The translations under genes were made by a program, and so were the position numbers. Source: Tubulanus polymorphus (taxonomy: Eukaryota; Animalia; Nemertea). Taken from it: a DNA stretch of 64,000 nt. The notes under the pieces were generated by a model. It worked only from the letters and a program-made list of their open reading frames with translations. It searched no databases and was not told the origin of the DNA. This document shows, piece after piece, positions 38,745 to 51,523 of the stretch; positions within the stretch are counted from its first letter, which is position 1, and every line of letters starts with the position of its first letter. Location of the stretch: the NCBI RefSeq assembly GCF_964204645.1, contig NC_134029.1, forward strand, positions 24,298,950 to 24,362,949, given 5' to 3'.

Positions 38745-38858
38745 AGAGGGAGAGGGAGAGGGAGAGGGAGAGGGAGAGGGAGAGGGAGAGGGAGAGGGAG
38801 AGGGAGAGGGAGAGGGAGAGGGAGAGGGAGAGGGAGAGGGAGAGGGAGAGGAGAGGGA
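38745..38858. repeat. (GAGGGA)n microsatellite
   Basis: Direct reading. Confidence 0.97.
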
Positions 38859-40825
38859 GTAGAACGAAACTTGTGGGAGGAAAAAACAAGACTTTACTCT
38901 TAGCTGTCTCCTACAGTTCTCTTAGTGGGATAATTGTCGGATTTAATGAATAAGCGAAGATTCACTCAACTACTTTGTTTTTGCCTTCTCCATTTTACTG
39001 ATATCAAAATGAAATATATTTTCTCCAATTCTCAATGTAATTGCGAATCAGAATGTATAAAGTGCGATGCTATAAAAATCCATCGCTGATTGGCTGCGAT
39101 TTTAATTAATACGTGATAAGTTTTCTAAAGTTAGGCCACAAATAATTGAAATCATCGTGATCTCCAAGAAAAGGTGGTATTTACAGTTCTTAGTCTGTCA
39201 AACTGGGCCAATATGGCGGACCCATATATACCGGGTATAACATGTATATGCTACCAGTTCGTTTTATAGAACTCGAGTAGATTTGGGGAAAGTGACAGAA
39301 AACCGATCGATCATAGTAGAAATGATGCCGAAACTGTTCTAAAACGACAAACTCGAAACCAACGTTTCATCATTCCGGTTCTTTTTTCCTATTGATCCAC
39401 GTTTTGTTTCCAGTCGGGTGTAACTAGAATGTACTATTTATAGTTTTACTGGTGATAAACTAAGGAATAACTTATGATGTATAATTCTGATACGTAAATA
39501 CATTACCTATAACGCTTAGATTTGAGACCGATCTTAGTAAGACCTCGTTATAAGATCAGTTAAAACCAGCCTCAAAATGTAAGCCCATTTTGGCCCAGAA
39601 TGATTATCTATTTTATGATATAACATTGATATTTGTATTCAAATATCATAGAAACTGAAAATAATACCTAGAATAGAATCTACGTCCCTGCTGACTTCCA
39701 GTTCTGACGTCACAGTCTACGCTGTTCTCTAATTATCCACGACTCGCCATACGAGATAATCGTTAATGAAGTGAAAACCTCTTCTCGACCGAAAGTTCCT
39801 TTTAAAAAAGGATATTAACCTTAACTAAGTCTGGGCGACTGGTTGTGCTCATTATGGAAGTTAATTGCTTGAATGATCATCGCGGTGGAGTAAGCAGCTA
39901 TGCAGAGACCCACTCTCACGATATAGACCATCAAATATCTCCTATCATCGAGGCTGTGCGCGTTAGGTCACTCCTTATTAGGTAATACGAAACTATTTTG
40001 TCTGGGACACTGTAAACTAAATAAACGGACCACGCCGCCTCATGAGAAAAATAAACTAGACGACCATCGTCTAGATTCCTGCGGTTAATTTGATTCCTAT
40101 CTGAGTTCGTGAGATGAGAAATATTCATTTCCTAATTTGAGAAAACCACTGCAATGATTGAGGAAATGGAGAGACAATGATTAGGATGCATCAAATGTGT
40201 AAACACGGTTGTAGTCAATATATCTGAAAACATGGATATAGATTAATTTGCCGATTGAATTGATCGCTGCGAATTCGTTACTGCCGATTTATAACTATAT
40301 TTTGATCATTAATCGTGCGCGATCGCGTATAAGTTTTGATTATCAGGTCGAAGGGAGCTGCTAAGGGGGATAGATGATGGACGATATCCGCTCAAGGACA
40401 GGTCTAGCTCCGTACTGTGTTTGTACTGCCCCGGTGGCAGTCAGCTAACGGAAGGTGATGATGATGATCATCATCGTTATCATCGTTAGTAGTGCTGTGT
40501 TCAACAAGACTTACCCCAAAAGACGTATAAATACAGACAAGAGGTTTGGACGTGTTTTGCGGGCGTGTAAATAGAATCAATATAAATAGACAGTTTGCGT
40601 GATTCTACGTCTAATCACTGATCACTTGTTCTTCGGAAATTATCACAAAGTAACAAATCACGAGCAGTGGATTTATAAAATCCGCCTGGCATCAAACGAC
40701 GTCAGAGTCAGTTACAAGAAGCCATGAGTGTTAACCGGATTCGATCACCAGACCAGAATATAGATGGATAGAACATCATAAAGCTTACAGTTAACGGTCA
40801 TCTTCTAACTATATATACATCCAAC

Positions 40826-40859
<34 letters not shown>

Positions 40860-41001
40860 TGAAACGTCATGCTGTCTTTGTTATTGCCAAAACAAAACTA
40901 TCTTTAGGCAGGTTTCGATTGGTCTCTCTCTGTCGATTCCGGAATCTCTTCTGGCGTGTTCGTTTCGACCAGAATACGCTCTGTACCTATTCCGGAATAG
41001 C

Positions 41002-41601
41002 GTAATCTGTAAACCTGATCGAAGCGGCCGGTAGAGAGTTTGTAATCTGTAAACCTGATCGAAGCGGCCGGTAGAGAGTTTGTAATCTGTAAACCTTATA
41101 GAAGCGGCCGGTAGAAAGTTTGTAATCTGTAAACCTGATAGAAGCGGCCGGTAGAGAGTTTGTAATCTGTAAACCTGATAGAAGCGGCCGGTAGAGAGTT
41201 TGTAATCGCTAAACCTGATAGAAGCGGCCGGTAGAGAGTTTGTAATCTGTAAACCTGATAGAAGCGGCCGGTAGAGAGTTTGTAATCTGTAAACCTGATA
41301 GAAGCGGCCGGTAGAGAGTTTGTAATCTGTAAACCTGATAGAAGCGGCCGGTAGAGAGTTTGTAATCTGTAAACCTGATAGAAGCGGCCGGTAGAGAGTT
41401 TGTAATCGCTAAACCTGATAGAAGCGACCGGTAGAGAGTTTGTAATCTGTAAACCTGATAGAAGCGGCCGGTAGAGAGTTTGTAATCTGTAAACCCGATA
41501 GAAGCGGCCGGTAGAGAGTTTGTAATCTGTAAACCTGATAGAAGCGGCCGGTAGCGAGTTTGTAATCTGTAAACCTGATAGAAGCGGCCGGTAGAGAGTT
41601 T
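41002..41601. repeat. 40-bp minisatellite (TGTAATCTGTAAACCTGATAGAAGCGGCCGGTAGAGAGTT, ~15 copies)
   Basis: Direct reading; explains ORFs 41096..41728 and overlapping ones. Confidence 0.97.
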
Positions 41602-42148
41602 TCGTAAATGGGACATGGACTACAGCCGGAAGTAGCATAGATTCCCCACAAAGTTCGTCGTATTTTTTATGTGATTCCGTTGCGGGGTAACCATAAATTG
41701 GTTGTGAGTCATGCATACTAATTATCAATAATTAATTCGGATTAATTGGAACTAATGATTAAACCGCGCATGCGTGTTGAACCATGCATTATTCAGATGT
41801 CGATACAAACATACACGATACACGATATAGACGATATACAAGTTTAATGCTTATTCCCATTACGACGATTCATTACCGTTGATATGATTAATACGGACCT
41901 GGTTACAATATCATTAACATGTCCAAACCGAGCTCAGTTTTGTCGGGAGAAAAACATTAACATTTTATGATGCGTATCAAGGTGAAAGGATTGTTCTGTA
42001 GATGATAATGATATTAACACAGTGTTACTGATTCATCCTGTTGTTTCTATTTTGTTACCACATAACTAAGAGACCAAGAACACTTTGAAAGGATTCGAAT
42101 GACGCCGAGTTGAGTTCATTCTGGTGTTGTGACCACGAGGGAGTGCGC

Positions 42149-42404
42149 ACTGGTCACCAGGCGAGCCACATCTGACTGGTCACCGGGCGGGCCTCAACTG
42201 ACTGGTCGCCGGGCGGGCAACACCTGACTGGTCACCGGGCGGGCCTCAACTGACTGGTCACCGGGCGGGCGAAATCTGACTGGTCACCGGGTTAGCCACA
42301 CCTGACTTGTCATCGGGCGGGCAACACCTGACTGGTCACCGGGCGGGCCTCAACTGACTGGTCACCGGGCGGGCCTCAACTGACTGGTCACCGGGCGGGC
42401 CACA
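42149..42404. repeat. 26-bp GC-rich minisatellite (CTGACTGGTCACCGGGCGGGCCTCAA, ~10 copies)
   Basis: Direct reading. Confidence 0.9.
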
Positions 42405-42440
42405 CTGAACTGACAAACTAACATACCTCTTCAATCGCTA

Positions 42441-42550
42441 GAGCTCGTTGGTCTAGTGGTTAGCTTGTTGGCCTGACATGCCAGAGGTTCTAGGATCGAA
42501 TCTAGGGTTAGGGTTACCCAGTGTAACTGGAATTAGGTTTGGGGCTATCG
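42441..42550 (+). mobile_element. tRNA-like SINE head or pseudo-tRNA with a TAGGGT tail
   Basis: A-box TGGTCTAGTGG, anticodon arm TGGC-CTGACAT-GCCA, B-box-like GGATCGAATC, then AGGGTTAGGGTT. Direct repeat ATCGCTAGAGC at 42434-42444 and 42551-42561. Confidence 0.5.
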
Positions 42551-45500
42551 ATCGCTAGAGCCGTGGACAGACATATTTTTTTCCTAGAATTCTGAATGAA
42601 CCCAAAAGAATGTCTGAAATGAAGACCGTTCTAATGCTCATGTTATAAGGCTCGATAGTGTTTCACGTGTATGGCCCTCGAGACTATACCGCCACATTAA
42701 TCATCACTGTCAAAAATGCCTTGATTAAATTCTTTTTTACTTCAAAATTCATCCTCCTTCTTTCCTTCTTAAACCGCAGTAATTTTCTCGTTAAGAAAAA
42801 TGTCGCGTAATTAGATTCACCAGACGCGAATTTTGTATTGAAAAATCGAGCGCCGTCAACCTTGAAATGAAAAGATGTCACAATCGTTGAGATTGAGATG
42901 AAAATTTACAATAATTATGATGTGCAATTAGATTCGATAATTAAAGTCAGATTGTCGGGAGTGAAATTTGGCGTTGACTTCAACGATGTTTTAATCGCAG
43001 TCGCCGCGCGTTCGATTCTAAATCGTCAATAACAATTAAACGGGACCGGTGCTCGCTGATTAAACCATCTCTTATCCGAATTAAAACCGTATTTTAACGG
43101 GCGAATTTTTCATCGTTTCGACTCTGATAGACTTTTACAGATGATTTATTAACCGTAACGCGAGTAGAAGCAGCTTTTTCTCCGGCGGGAGTTGTTCTCT
43201 TCGCTGCCCCTAATGGCCAAATGTAGAGTGTCGCAGTCTGACGCAAACATTTTCAAGTGTCACAAAATGCATTAAGCAGCAGCGGCGGCAGAGGCAGCGG
43301 TTCGTGTTACAGTGAATAGATGCAAATACCTATCTTGAGGGGTTTTCCATCTGAATGCTCTACGCCATTGAATTGATACACTAGAAAGTTCTACACACGG
43401 TTCTACACCCGGTTGCTTTTAAGATTATTTTTTTTTAAAGTTTTTATATCTAGTTAGTCTATCACAGTGAATATCGTCTCAATAGTCAGGTCGGTTATAT
43501 CCTCGGTATCGGTTGGAAGATGTTTGAAATCGGGCTACAGGTTCTCGGAGATCATTTAGAATGGTACAATCTAACTCAAACTGTGGATGGACCCTTATTC
43601 AACACAGAAATGTGGAATTAATTCCTCAAACTGTGGCATTTGTTGCTCATTTAGCTCTGAAATGTGAAACTAGGTGCAAAACTACTCAGCCCTGCTTTAC
43701 GGAACGTTAGAATACAATATTGACGGTCGAATGACGTAATCGATCCTCCATTCTACCTCTATTGACTTGTATCTATCCTCTACTCGACCTCCAATGACTT
43801 GCAGACGATATTAATATTGATAAGACTCGGTGTGTGTAGGCCCTATATATACATAATATATATAGTTGATCAATATCGTTTACTTACAGAAACATGATGT
43901 AAACATTGACCGCGAGGTCGTGTACCGTATATACAAACCGTATCTTACTCAGCGCCGACAAACTTTATTCATCTGTTCATTAACCCCAGTTTCAAGATTA
44001 TTATCAATAGCGAATTCGGTGACGATATTAATGAGAATATTAATCTTGATGAAACACTTCGAGTCCGTGGGTTATCGACACAATCATACAAATAAATTCC
44101 CACAATTCAAACAGAAAAACGAGTACAAAATGTTCCCTCCACCTGTAGCTTTTTTTATGTTTTGACATATAACAATAAAATGCTATGATATATCAATCAA
44201 TATCATCAATCACTATATCCTAAGATCTCATGAAGAGTTCATATTCACAATCCAGAGCAAAAAGAGTGATCTAAAGGAAATATTTCGGATTGAATTTTCA
44301 TTTCCTGTACTGTGGGATTTTACCGTATTCAAACATCAATCTTCAATACACGACGAAGGATTCTAGATATCAAATTACCGTTAAGTCGATATATCATTTA
44401 AAGAGAACTCCCTTCATTACACACAAATTACGATTCATTAAATCATAGGATCACCGATTTTGGTCTTAAACTATACTAGTCGCGAAGACGACGGTTTTAC
44501 TGATCCTAGTGATGATTCTTTACGCCAAAGTCGTGAATGAAACTTCACTAGAAAAAGAATTGTAAGCTTTGTGTAAGATGCGTGAGAGTTTCACACATTT
44601 GTCATTGGTGTTTTATGTATTCGCTTCTCCTGCGCTTTGAGGCAAAGTCTCCGTCCACAAAAGCGGAAAATTGCATTCATCAAAAACCTGTGGAATCTTC
44701 CAGCAAACTAATCAATTCAATACCGTTCTTCAACTGCGTCAAATGAGATTGCGGAAAAAATCTTAACGTTTTTTTTTTGATGTCGCGATTGATACGTGAA
44801 GGTATTACTGGCTCCGGGATCTGATGGTAACAGTTCTGTGTAAGTGTCTCGTTTACTTAGAATTATGTAGGGACCAATATTATGGAGATCTCTATTATTT
44901 TTTGTAAGTTCTTCAATGAAGTATAAATGTAAAGCCGACTGCGGAATGGATCCGGCTAATTTTGTATCAAAATAACCCCCACTCGTTATTCAAAGTTTAC
45001 AAATATCTATTGGAATAAACAGGTTCACTTGTGATCAATAAAATCATAAAGTCGATTACATTTTTATGATATCTTTTAATTCGTTTCGTTTTTCGTCCGA
45101 TCCGAAACAAATATGAACAAAATCGAAAAATTAAGTAGCAAAAATTAATAGGGAGAAAAGACTGATCAATGCAATGGACCCGTGGTACCCAAAAACAAAC
45201 CGCCTGGAAACTGTTAAAAGGCTATTCTACCTTTAACTTTAACTTTATTGGCAAAATCAAGGTCACAAAGTAATGACAATATGAGCATCATTATAATAAT
45301 AACAAGCGAAATAGGTAGCAGTCGGTAGTAAGCAATAGAAAGTGTCTCGGAATTGTCTGAAAGATGACACAGGTCCCCAGAATACGATTGTTTGTCTGTA
45401 AAAGCCTCTTGATGTTATTGTTAGTGAACACTGCTTCTATTTCAACTATTTGTGAATTATTTGTGAATTAAGTGAAGGAACGTTTTTCATTATTTATCTC

Positions 45501-46156
45501 GTACGATAGTCTTGTATTATTGAATGTCTGTTCACTGGTAAGCGATGAGCAGTATTAAACGAAAATAAACGAGTTCGTTGATTAACATCGCGGCAGTCAT
45601 GAAAAGCGTTTAGAAGCCCGTCCAACATGGCCCGCGAGTACAAATGGTATTACCGAGTAATTTCCTAATAATGGAGCTGTGAAGACGTGACGAATAGTTA
45701 ATTGGTCGGTTTGTATTCATTCCATACTGGTGACCGACCGAGCGGCCGGGTGATAATTCCTTATTTTTATCATCAATCGCTACCATCAGAACAGACTCGC
45801 CACCACCAGTGGTCAGCTAGCGGACTGACTGTCCGTACAAGACGTCCATATATCTACTTTTATTATGCGGTGAATCTAGCGAAGAATAAATCTCGTAAAA
45901 TGTTACCCTCCCTGCTGGCTTCATAGATAAAGACTTTGTTTTGATTCGGTTGATAGCTTAAACCAGCTTGACATTAACCGATATTTTGTGTATGTCAATT
46001 TATCACGTTTTAGTCAGTCGCGTTATTGCTGAATATAAATATGGTCGAATTGCGGGCAGGTTTTATAGACCGAACATGAGCTCTGGACCCCAGGATTCGT
46101 CACTGCGGTCAGTTCCCATTGATCGTGATGGAAATTCTGATGACGCATTGGAAGAA

Positions 46157-46834
46157 GTTCCGTGGAAGTACTCCTAGATCGACTGATTGTTCCGTGGGAG
46201 TACTCCTAGATCCTCGACTGATTGTTCCGTGGGAGTACTCCTAGATCGACTGATTGCTCCGTGGGAGCACTCCTAGATCGACTGATTGTTCCGTGGGAGC
46301 ACTCCTAGATCGACTGATTGCTCCGTGGGAGTACTCCTAGATCGACTGATTGTTCCGTGGGAGTACTCCTAGATCGACTGATTGCTCCGTGGGAGTACTC
46401 CTAGATCGACTGATTGTTCCGTGGGAGCACTCCTAGATCGACTGATTGCTCCGTGGGAGTACTCCTAGATCGACTGATTGCTCCGTGGGAGTACTCCTAG
46501 ATCGACTGATTGTTCCGTGGGAGTACTCCTAGATCGACTGATTGCTCCGTGGGAGTACTCCTAGATCGACTGATTGTTCCGTGGGAGTACTCCTAGATCG
46601 ACTGATTGTTCCGTGGGAGTACTCCTAGATCGACTGATTGTTCCGTGGGAGTACTCCTAGATCGACTGATTGCTCCGTGGGAGTACTCCTAGATCGACTG
46701 ATTGTTCCGTGGGAGTACTCCTAGATCGACTGATTGCTCCGTGGGAGTACTCCTAGATCGACTGATTGTTCCGTGGGAGTACTCCTAGATCGACTGATTG
46801 TTCCGTGGGAGTACTCCTAGATCGACTGATTGTT
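46157..46834. repeat. 32-bp minisatellite (TTCCGTGGGAGTACTCCTAGATCGACTGATTG, ~21 copies)
   Basis: Direct reading; each unit contains the palindrome GGAGTACTCC. Confidence 0.97.
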
Positions 46835-47065
46835 TTCACCTGACGGTTAGAGCAGGTGCTCTGTGACGTCACATAAATGGGATATCCTGATTCTCACAGT
46901 GGTACGAATGAGCCAGTCATTAGCTGACTTATTAATTGGTTAATGACCGAACTCGTTAATTAATTAATGACTAACGCGAGAATGAGGATATCCCATCTAT
47001 GACTGACTCATTCGGGAAATATCCCATCAACGTGACGTCACCTGCACCAGCCGTCATGTGAAAAC
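46832..47065. mobile_element. MITE with GTTTTCAC termini
   Basis: GTTTTCACCTGACGGTTAGAGCAGGTG..GTGACGTCAC / GTGACGTCACCTGCACCAGCCGTCATGTGAAAAC, with internal inverted ATGGGATATCC/GGATATCCCAT. Confidence 0.65.
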
Positions 47066-47636
47066 GATTTGTTCCAATTACTTGAGAATCATTTTCACAA
47101 AACTCTTCAAAAATCAATTTGAAGTCTGCAGTCGATTTAGGAATTGAGACGTTTTCGAGTCAGTTTCCCTAGTGAACCATGTTTGTTTAGCTCGGTTTTT
47201 GGTTCCATAGAATAAACCATTTTTAACTGTCTCTGAGTCGGTAAAACAAACCAACATGGCTTCGTCGTCGAAATCGCAACCTACCCAATACCGGATACCG
47301 TACATACACAAAAGCTGCTATACATATTTATTTACATCACCAGCAGAAAATCGGGCAATAAAACAACTTATCTTTTGATGTAGTAGTGACTTAGCGAGCA
47401 AACCGCAGTAGGTGCCAGTAATACTATCTAGTATCTAAACGTGTCACCCGCACGATTCAGTGACCGGTGATTTTGTGATGGTGAAAATAATTCCGTGACT
47501 TGCACCTATAATCACTCAGCTTAATGATTTAAAATGAATGGTTAATGAAAAAAATCCCAAATCCAAAACGTGATATAATAGTTGCTGAGGTTCATGTGAT
47601 TTTACTGAGCTATAACAACATTTTGTCCTTTATTGT

Positions 47637-47760
47637 ACAGCCGCAGCCGCACCCGCAGCAGCCGCAGCAGTAGCATTAGCCGCAGCCGCAGCAGCAGCCG
47701 CACCCGCAGCCGCAGCAGCAGCCGCAGCAGCCGCAGCCGCACCCGCAGCAGCCGCAGCAG
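47637..47760. repeat. GCA/GCC trinucleotide tract
   Basis: (GCAGCC)n/(GCA)n. Confidence 0.9.
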
Positions 47761-49129
47761 TCAATGCGTTTTTAGCTTCATGAGATGAAAAATTCATTCA
47801 TCGCCGCAAAATAACTGCAAATAAATCAAAACAATGAACTCACTCCGGGGCAATATGAGCTATAGCTGTCGCAACAACGCTTATATCACCCCCCTCTCTC
47901 TCTTTCTTCTTCTCCTCTCCCTCTCTCCCAACAAATTTATTCAGTAACTGAACTATGACGTCACGGTAATCGACGCCTGACGGCTGATAACGATTCAAGA
48001 AAATGTACCCGCGCGTTGGACACCTCAAGTGTCTGTGTTGTCGTAGGCAATATTGACAATTTTTCAGTAACGTCGGCGATGCATTTTTTTCTGTCTGTGG
48101 CGCTTTTGAGTTTGATGTTTCCCCGGCTGTGATTAATCGTGTCCTGCTCGATCTCATCCAATCCACGAATGAAGAATCGACAATTTTCATACGCGCTTAA
48201 TTGGACCAAATGCATTATCTATAGTCGCGTTCGTGTAACCCCCTAGCTAAACCCACCCCGCTATCTCCCCTCTCCGATATCGCCTGGGTCAATTACTTTA
48301 AGTGCTCTAATATCAATTGAACGGATTTGAGGATGTTCTTAATGTTGAGAAAGCGTAATAAACTTCAATTGAAGACGACATTAGAATAACAATAGACCGT
48401 GTCTATTTCCGCTAAAACCGTAGTTAATGCATGCCACGCAGTGAACCAGTCACAAAGTAGGATTTGTTACACTTAGGAGTCCACGATGTTTTTCTATCAA
48501 TAGTTAACTAAGCCACTGGGGGAAGGATCCACAGTTTGAATTCCGCCGGGCGGTTTAAGGATGTTTTGACTGATTTATTCTAAGTGACTCTGAAGTCCAA
48601 TAACTAGTTGTAAACCGTCATGTTTTTGTGACGTAGTCCCGAGTCGTTGAATAAACAATTTCTTATATATTTTCTAAAATAAATATTTGCCCGATTTGAA
48701 ACACGTCGACGACCCTTTAGAATATATAAATGAATTTCTTCTTTTTATGTCAAAGAGATGGTTTTCTTGCGAAATTTAATTCCGATCGCAGGCACACGAC
48801 CGTGTAGCCTCTATTGGTTGAGTCGAGTTCACTAGTCAGAAAAGCTACTTCTGAAAATGACTTCTTTTTGCCATGAGACATAACTAATTCTATAAATTCC
48901 AACTTAAGAATTGGTTACTTTGAAGGGAGCAATGTAACTTCCCTTTTTCTTTTAACTTTCAGAATACCAGGTGGATATTCCCTAATTTTTGAGCATCATT
49001 TTCAAAACCAGTTGTTGATCATATTCCTAGTGAAACTGTTGTTATCACCTGTTCTCAGTACGTTCTCGGAATCGCGTCACGGCATTGAAACCCTGACGGG
49101 GGATGAACGACGATTATAATTTACACCTT

Positions 49130-49341
49130 GTGTTTTGTGTGTGCGTCGTGTGGGTATGCATGTGTTTGTTTTGTGTGTGCGTGTGGGTATGCATGTGTTT
49201 GTTTTGTGTGTGCGTGTGGTTATGCATGTGTTTGTTTTGTGTGTGCGTCGTGTGGGTATGCATGTGTTTGTTTTGTGTGTGCGTCGTGTGGGTATGCATG
49301 TGTTTGTTTTGTGTGTGCGTGTGGTTACGCATGTGTTTGTT
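49130..49341. repeat. 33/36-bp GT-rich minisatellite (~6 copies)
   Basis: Unit GTGTGGGTATGCATGTGTTTGTTTTGTGTGTGC(GTC). Confidence 0.92.
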
Positions 49342-51100
49342 TCAGTTTCATCCACAACACTCACGGTTTTAGAGTTGTGACGAGCGACTGATGGTGAATT
49401 GTGGGACTGCTCCGCCTGATGGTGAATTGTGGGACTGCTCCGAGGATCATATCGGATTAAACCAGTAACAGTTTATTGCAGTCAATTGACGGTTATCTCA
49501 TTGATAGAGAGAAATGTGAAACGCTACTTTATTTTAAATCCTATTTTATTTCCCAGATACGGCGAGAGTGAGAGGGAGAGAGAGGCAGGCAGAGCGTTCA
49601 GGCGAAATCCAATAAATGACTAAATCGCCCGCTACACAATTTTACGCGTTCGGTTCAAATGACAGTTCGAAGTAATTATATCAAATCCTCAGCAGATCGA
49701 TAATTTCAAATAGAAATCACAGCCAATGAAAAGCTTTTTCGATATATTTTCATTTTCATACATTCGATATATCGATTGGTAGTTTGATATTTGGCTTTTT
49801 ATAATCGATTCGGATATTTTCAAAATGATTGGATATTACTGAGATTATCTCGTGGTTTATAGATGCGTTTAAGATTTTATCTGTAGCATTGCTCTACGTT
49901 GAAATTATGTCTTAATGTCTAAAAAACTTTTCTCTATTTCGGATTATCGGATATCGAATTTAATGTTCGGGGTTATAATTTGATTTGATGATTTAAATGT
50001 ACTAACAGGAATTGCCAGCACTCGAGTCCAGTGTGGAGGATGTTACAATAAGGATATTACAATCTATTAGCAAATTCCCATTAATTCCAACAATCATTTT
50101 CACACCCATAACTTTATAGTACGTGTTTAGATTCATCGGGTACATTATGATTCATCGATTATAGATTGTATTACCCAACACCCCTCCCGCCCCAACCCTC
50201 CCGCCCCACCCCTCGCTCAGTTCCAAAATTGTGATTTAAGATTCAACTGAGAGTTCGTTTTGTGAGTTCAATTCTGGGACCAGTTTTACGAAACAAAGTA
50301 AAACTGAAATATGTAGAGAATTAAACACTAATGTTAACGAAAGATGAAATGTGGAACTGTCCGCACAAATAGTACCGGATATATTGCCTCACTATGTGGG
50401 AAGTGTAAGATTACATTTGTAAGAAAATCATTAAGAAATTTGTAGTGGAATCGTATTCGCAGGACAGTAGATTGTGAATCCCGATTCATCGGGTGCATCT
50501 GATTCATACATTTTGAATTCTCGCTTAGTTCCAAAATTGTGATCTAAAATCTAAAATTCGACTCCGAGTTGTGTTTTTTGAGTTAAGTTCTGACTCACTG
50601 AAAACTAACTATAACACAAGAGTTAGCTCTTAACTCGCGGTCACTGTGGATCGAGGACTGTGAGTTTATCTAGATTTATTGGGTTCCTGATCCATCCTGA
50701 CCCATCGCGTTCACTCTCTCACTTTAAGTAACACAGTCATGTAAGAACCGCTTCAATTTTCAAACACGGCGCAATTAGAAAGCACCTGCTTTGCGGTTGC
50801 GGTATCGTGCGCCTTGTAAACACCGCCAGCGCTGCTCAAAGATATTCTTTCGATCGTGCATTAAAATGTTTTCGGTCGAAGTAAAAGCCTCGACTGACGT
50901 TTGATGTCTTAAAACCTCGTTATAAGCAGAACGAATGCGAGCGCGAGAAAGAGAGAGAGAGGGAGAGAAAGAATAGTTACTAAGATTCCTGAATACACAC
51001 CGTGGAGACTTGAGAAGGATAAAAAAGAGACACAATAGAAATACGTCTAATAGTTGGTTTGAAATAGATAAATTGAAGAATAAGCCCATGATATCAAAGA

Positions 51101-51523
51101 TAAACTAAGAGAGTAGTGACGTTTCAACTTAATTCTATGTGCCTTTTTCAAGAGAAAAGTGACGTTTAGACTTAATATTATGAGACATTTACAAAAACTA
51201 AGAGAGTAGTGACGTTTAGACTCGATTCTATGAAACATTTTCAAAAACTAAGAGAGTAGTGACGTTTAGACTCGATTCTATGAAACATATTCAAAAACTA
51301 AGGGAGTAGTGACGTTTAGACTCGATTCTATGAAACATTTTCAAAAACTAAGGGAGTAGTGACGTTTAGACTCGATTCTATGAAACATTTTCAAAAACTA
51401 AGGGAGTAGTGACGTTTAGACTCGATTCTATGAAACATTTTCAAAAACTAAGGGAGTAGTGACGTTTAGACTCGATTCTATGAAACATTTTCAAAAACTA
51501 AGGGAGTAGTGACGTTTAGACTC
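51101..51523. repeat. 50-bp minisatellite (AAAACTAAGGGAGTAGTGACGTTTAGACTCGATTCTATGAAACATTTTCA)
   Basis: About 6.5 near-perfect copies plus degenerate copies on the 5' side. Confidence 0.93.

Noticed and set aside
41002-41601. CTGATAGA in the 40-bp unit as a tandem hammerhead satellite
   Set aside because: The core is not CTGANGA and no stem II-GAAA follows.
47637-47760. Poly-Ala or poly-Gln coding exon
   Set aside because: Simple trinucleotide tract; not part of any joinable ORF.
33105-51523. 26-, 32-, 40- and 50-bp arrays as CRISPR-like repeats
   Set aside because: Units are directly adjacent with no unique spacers, there are no cas genes, and the context is a eukaryotic intron.
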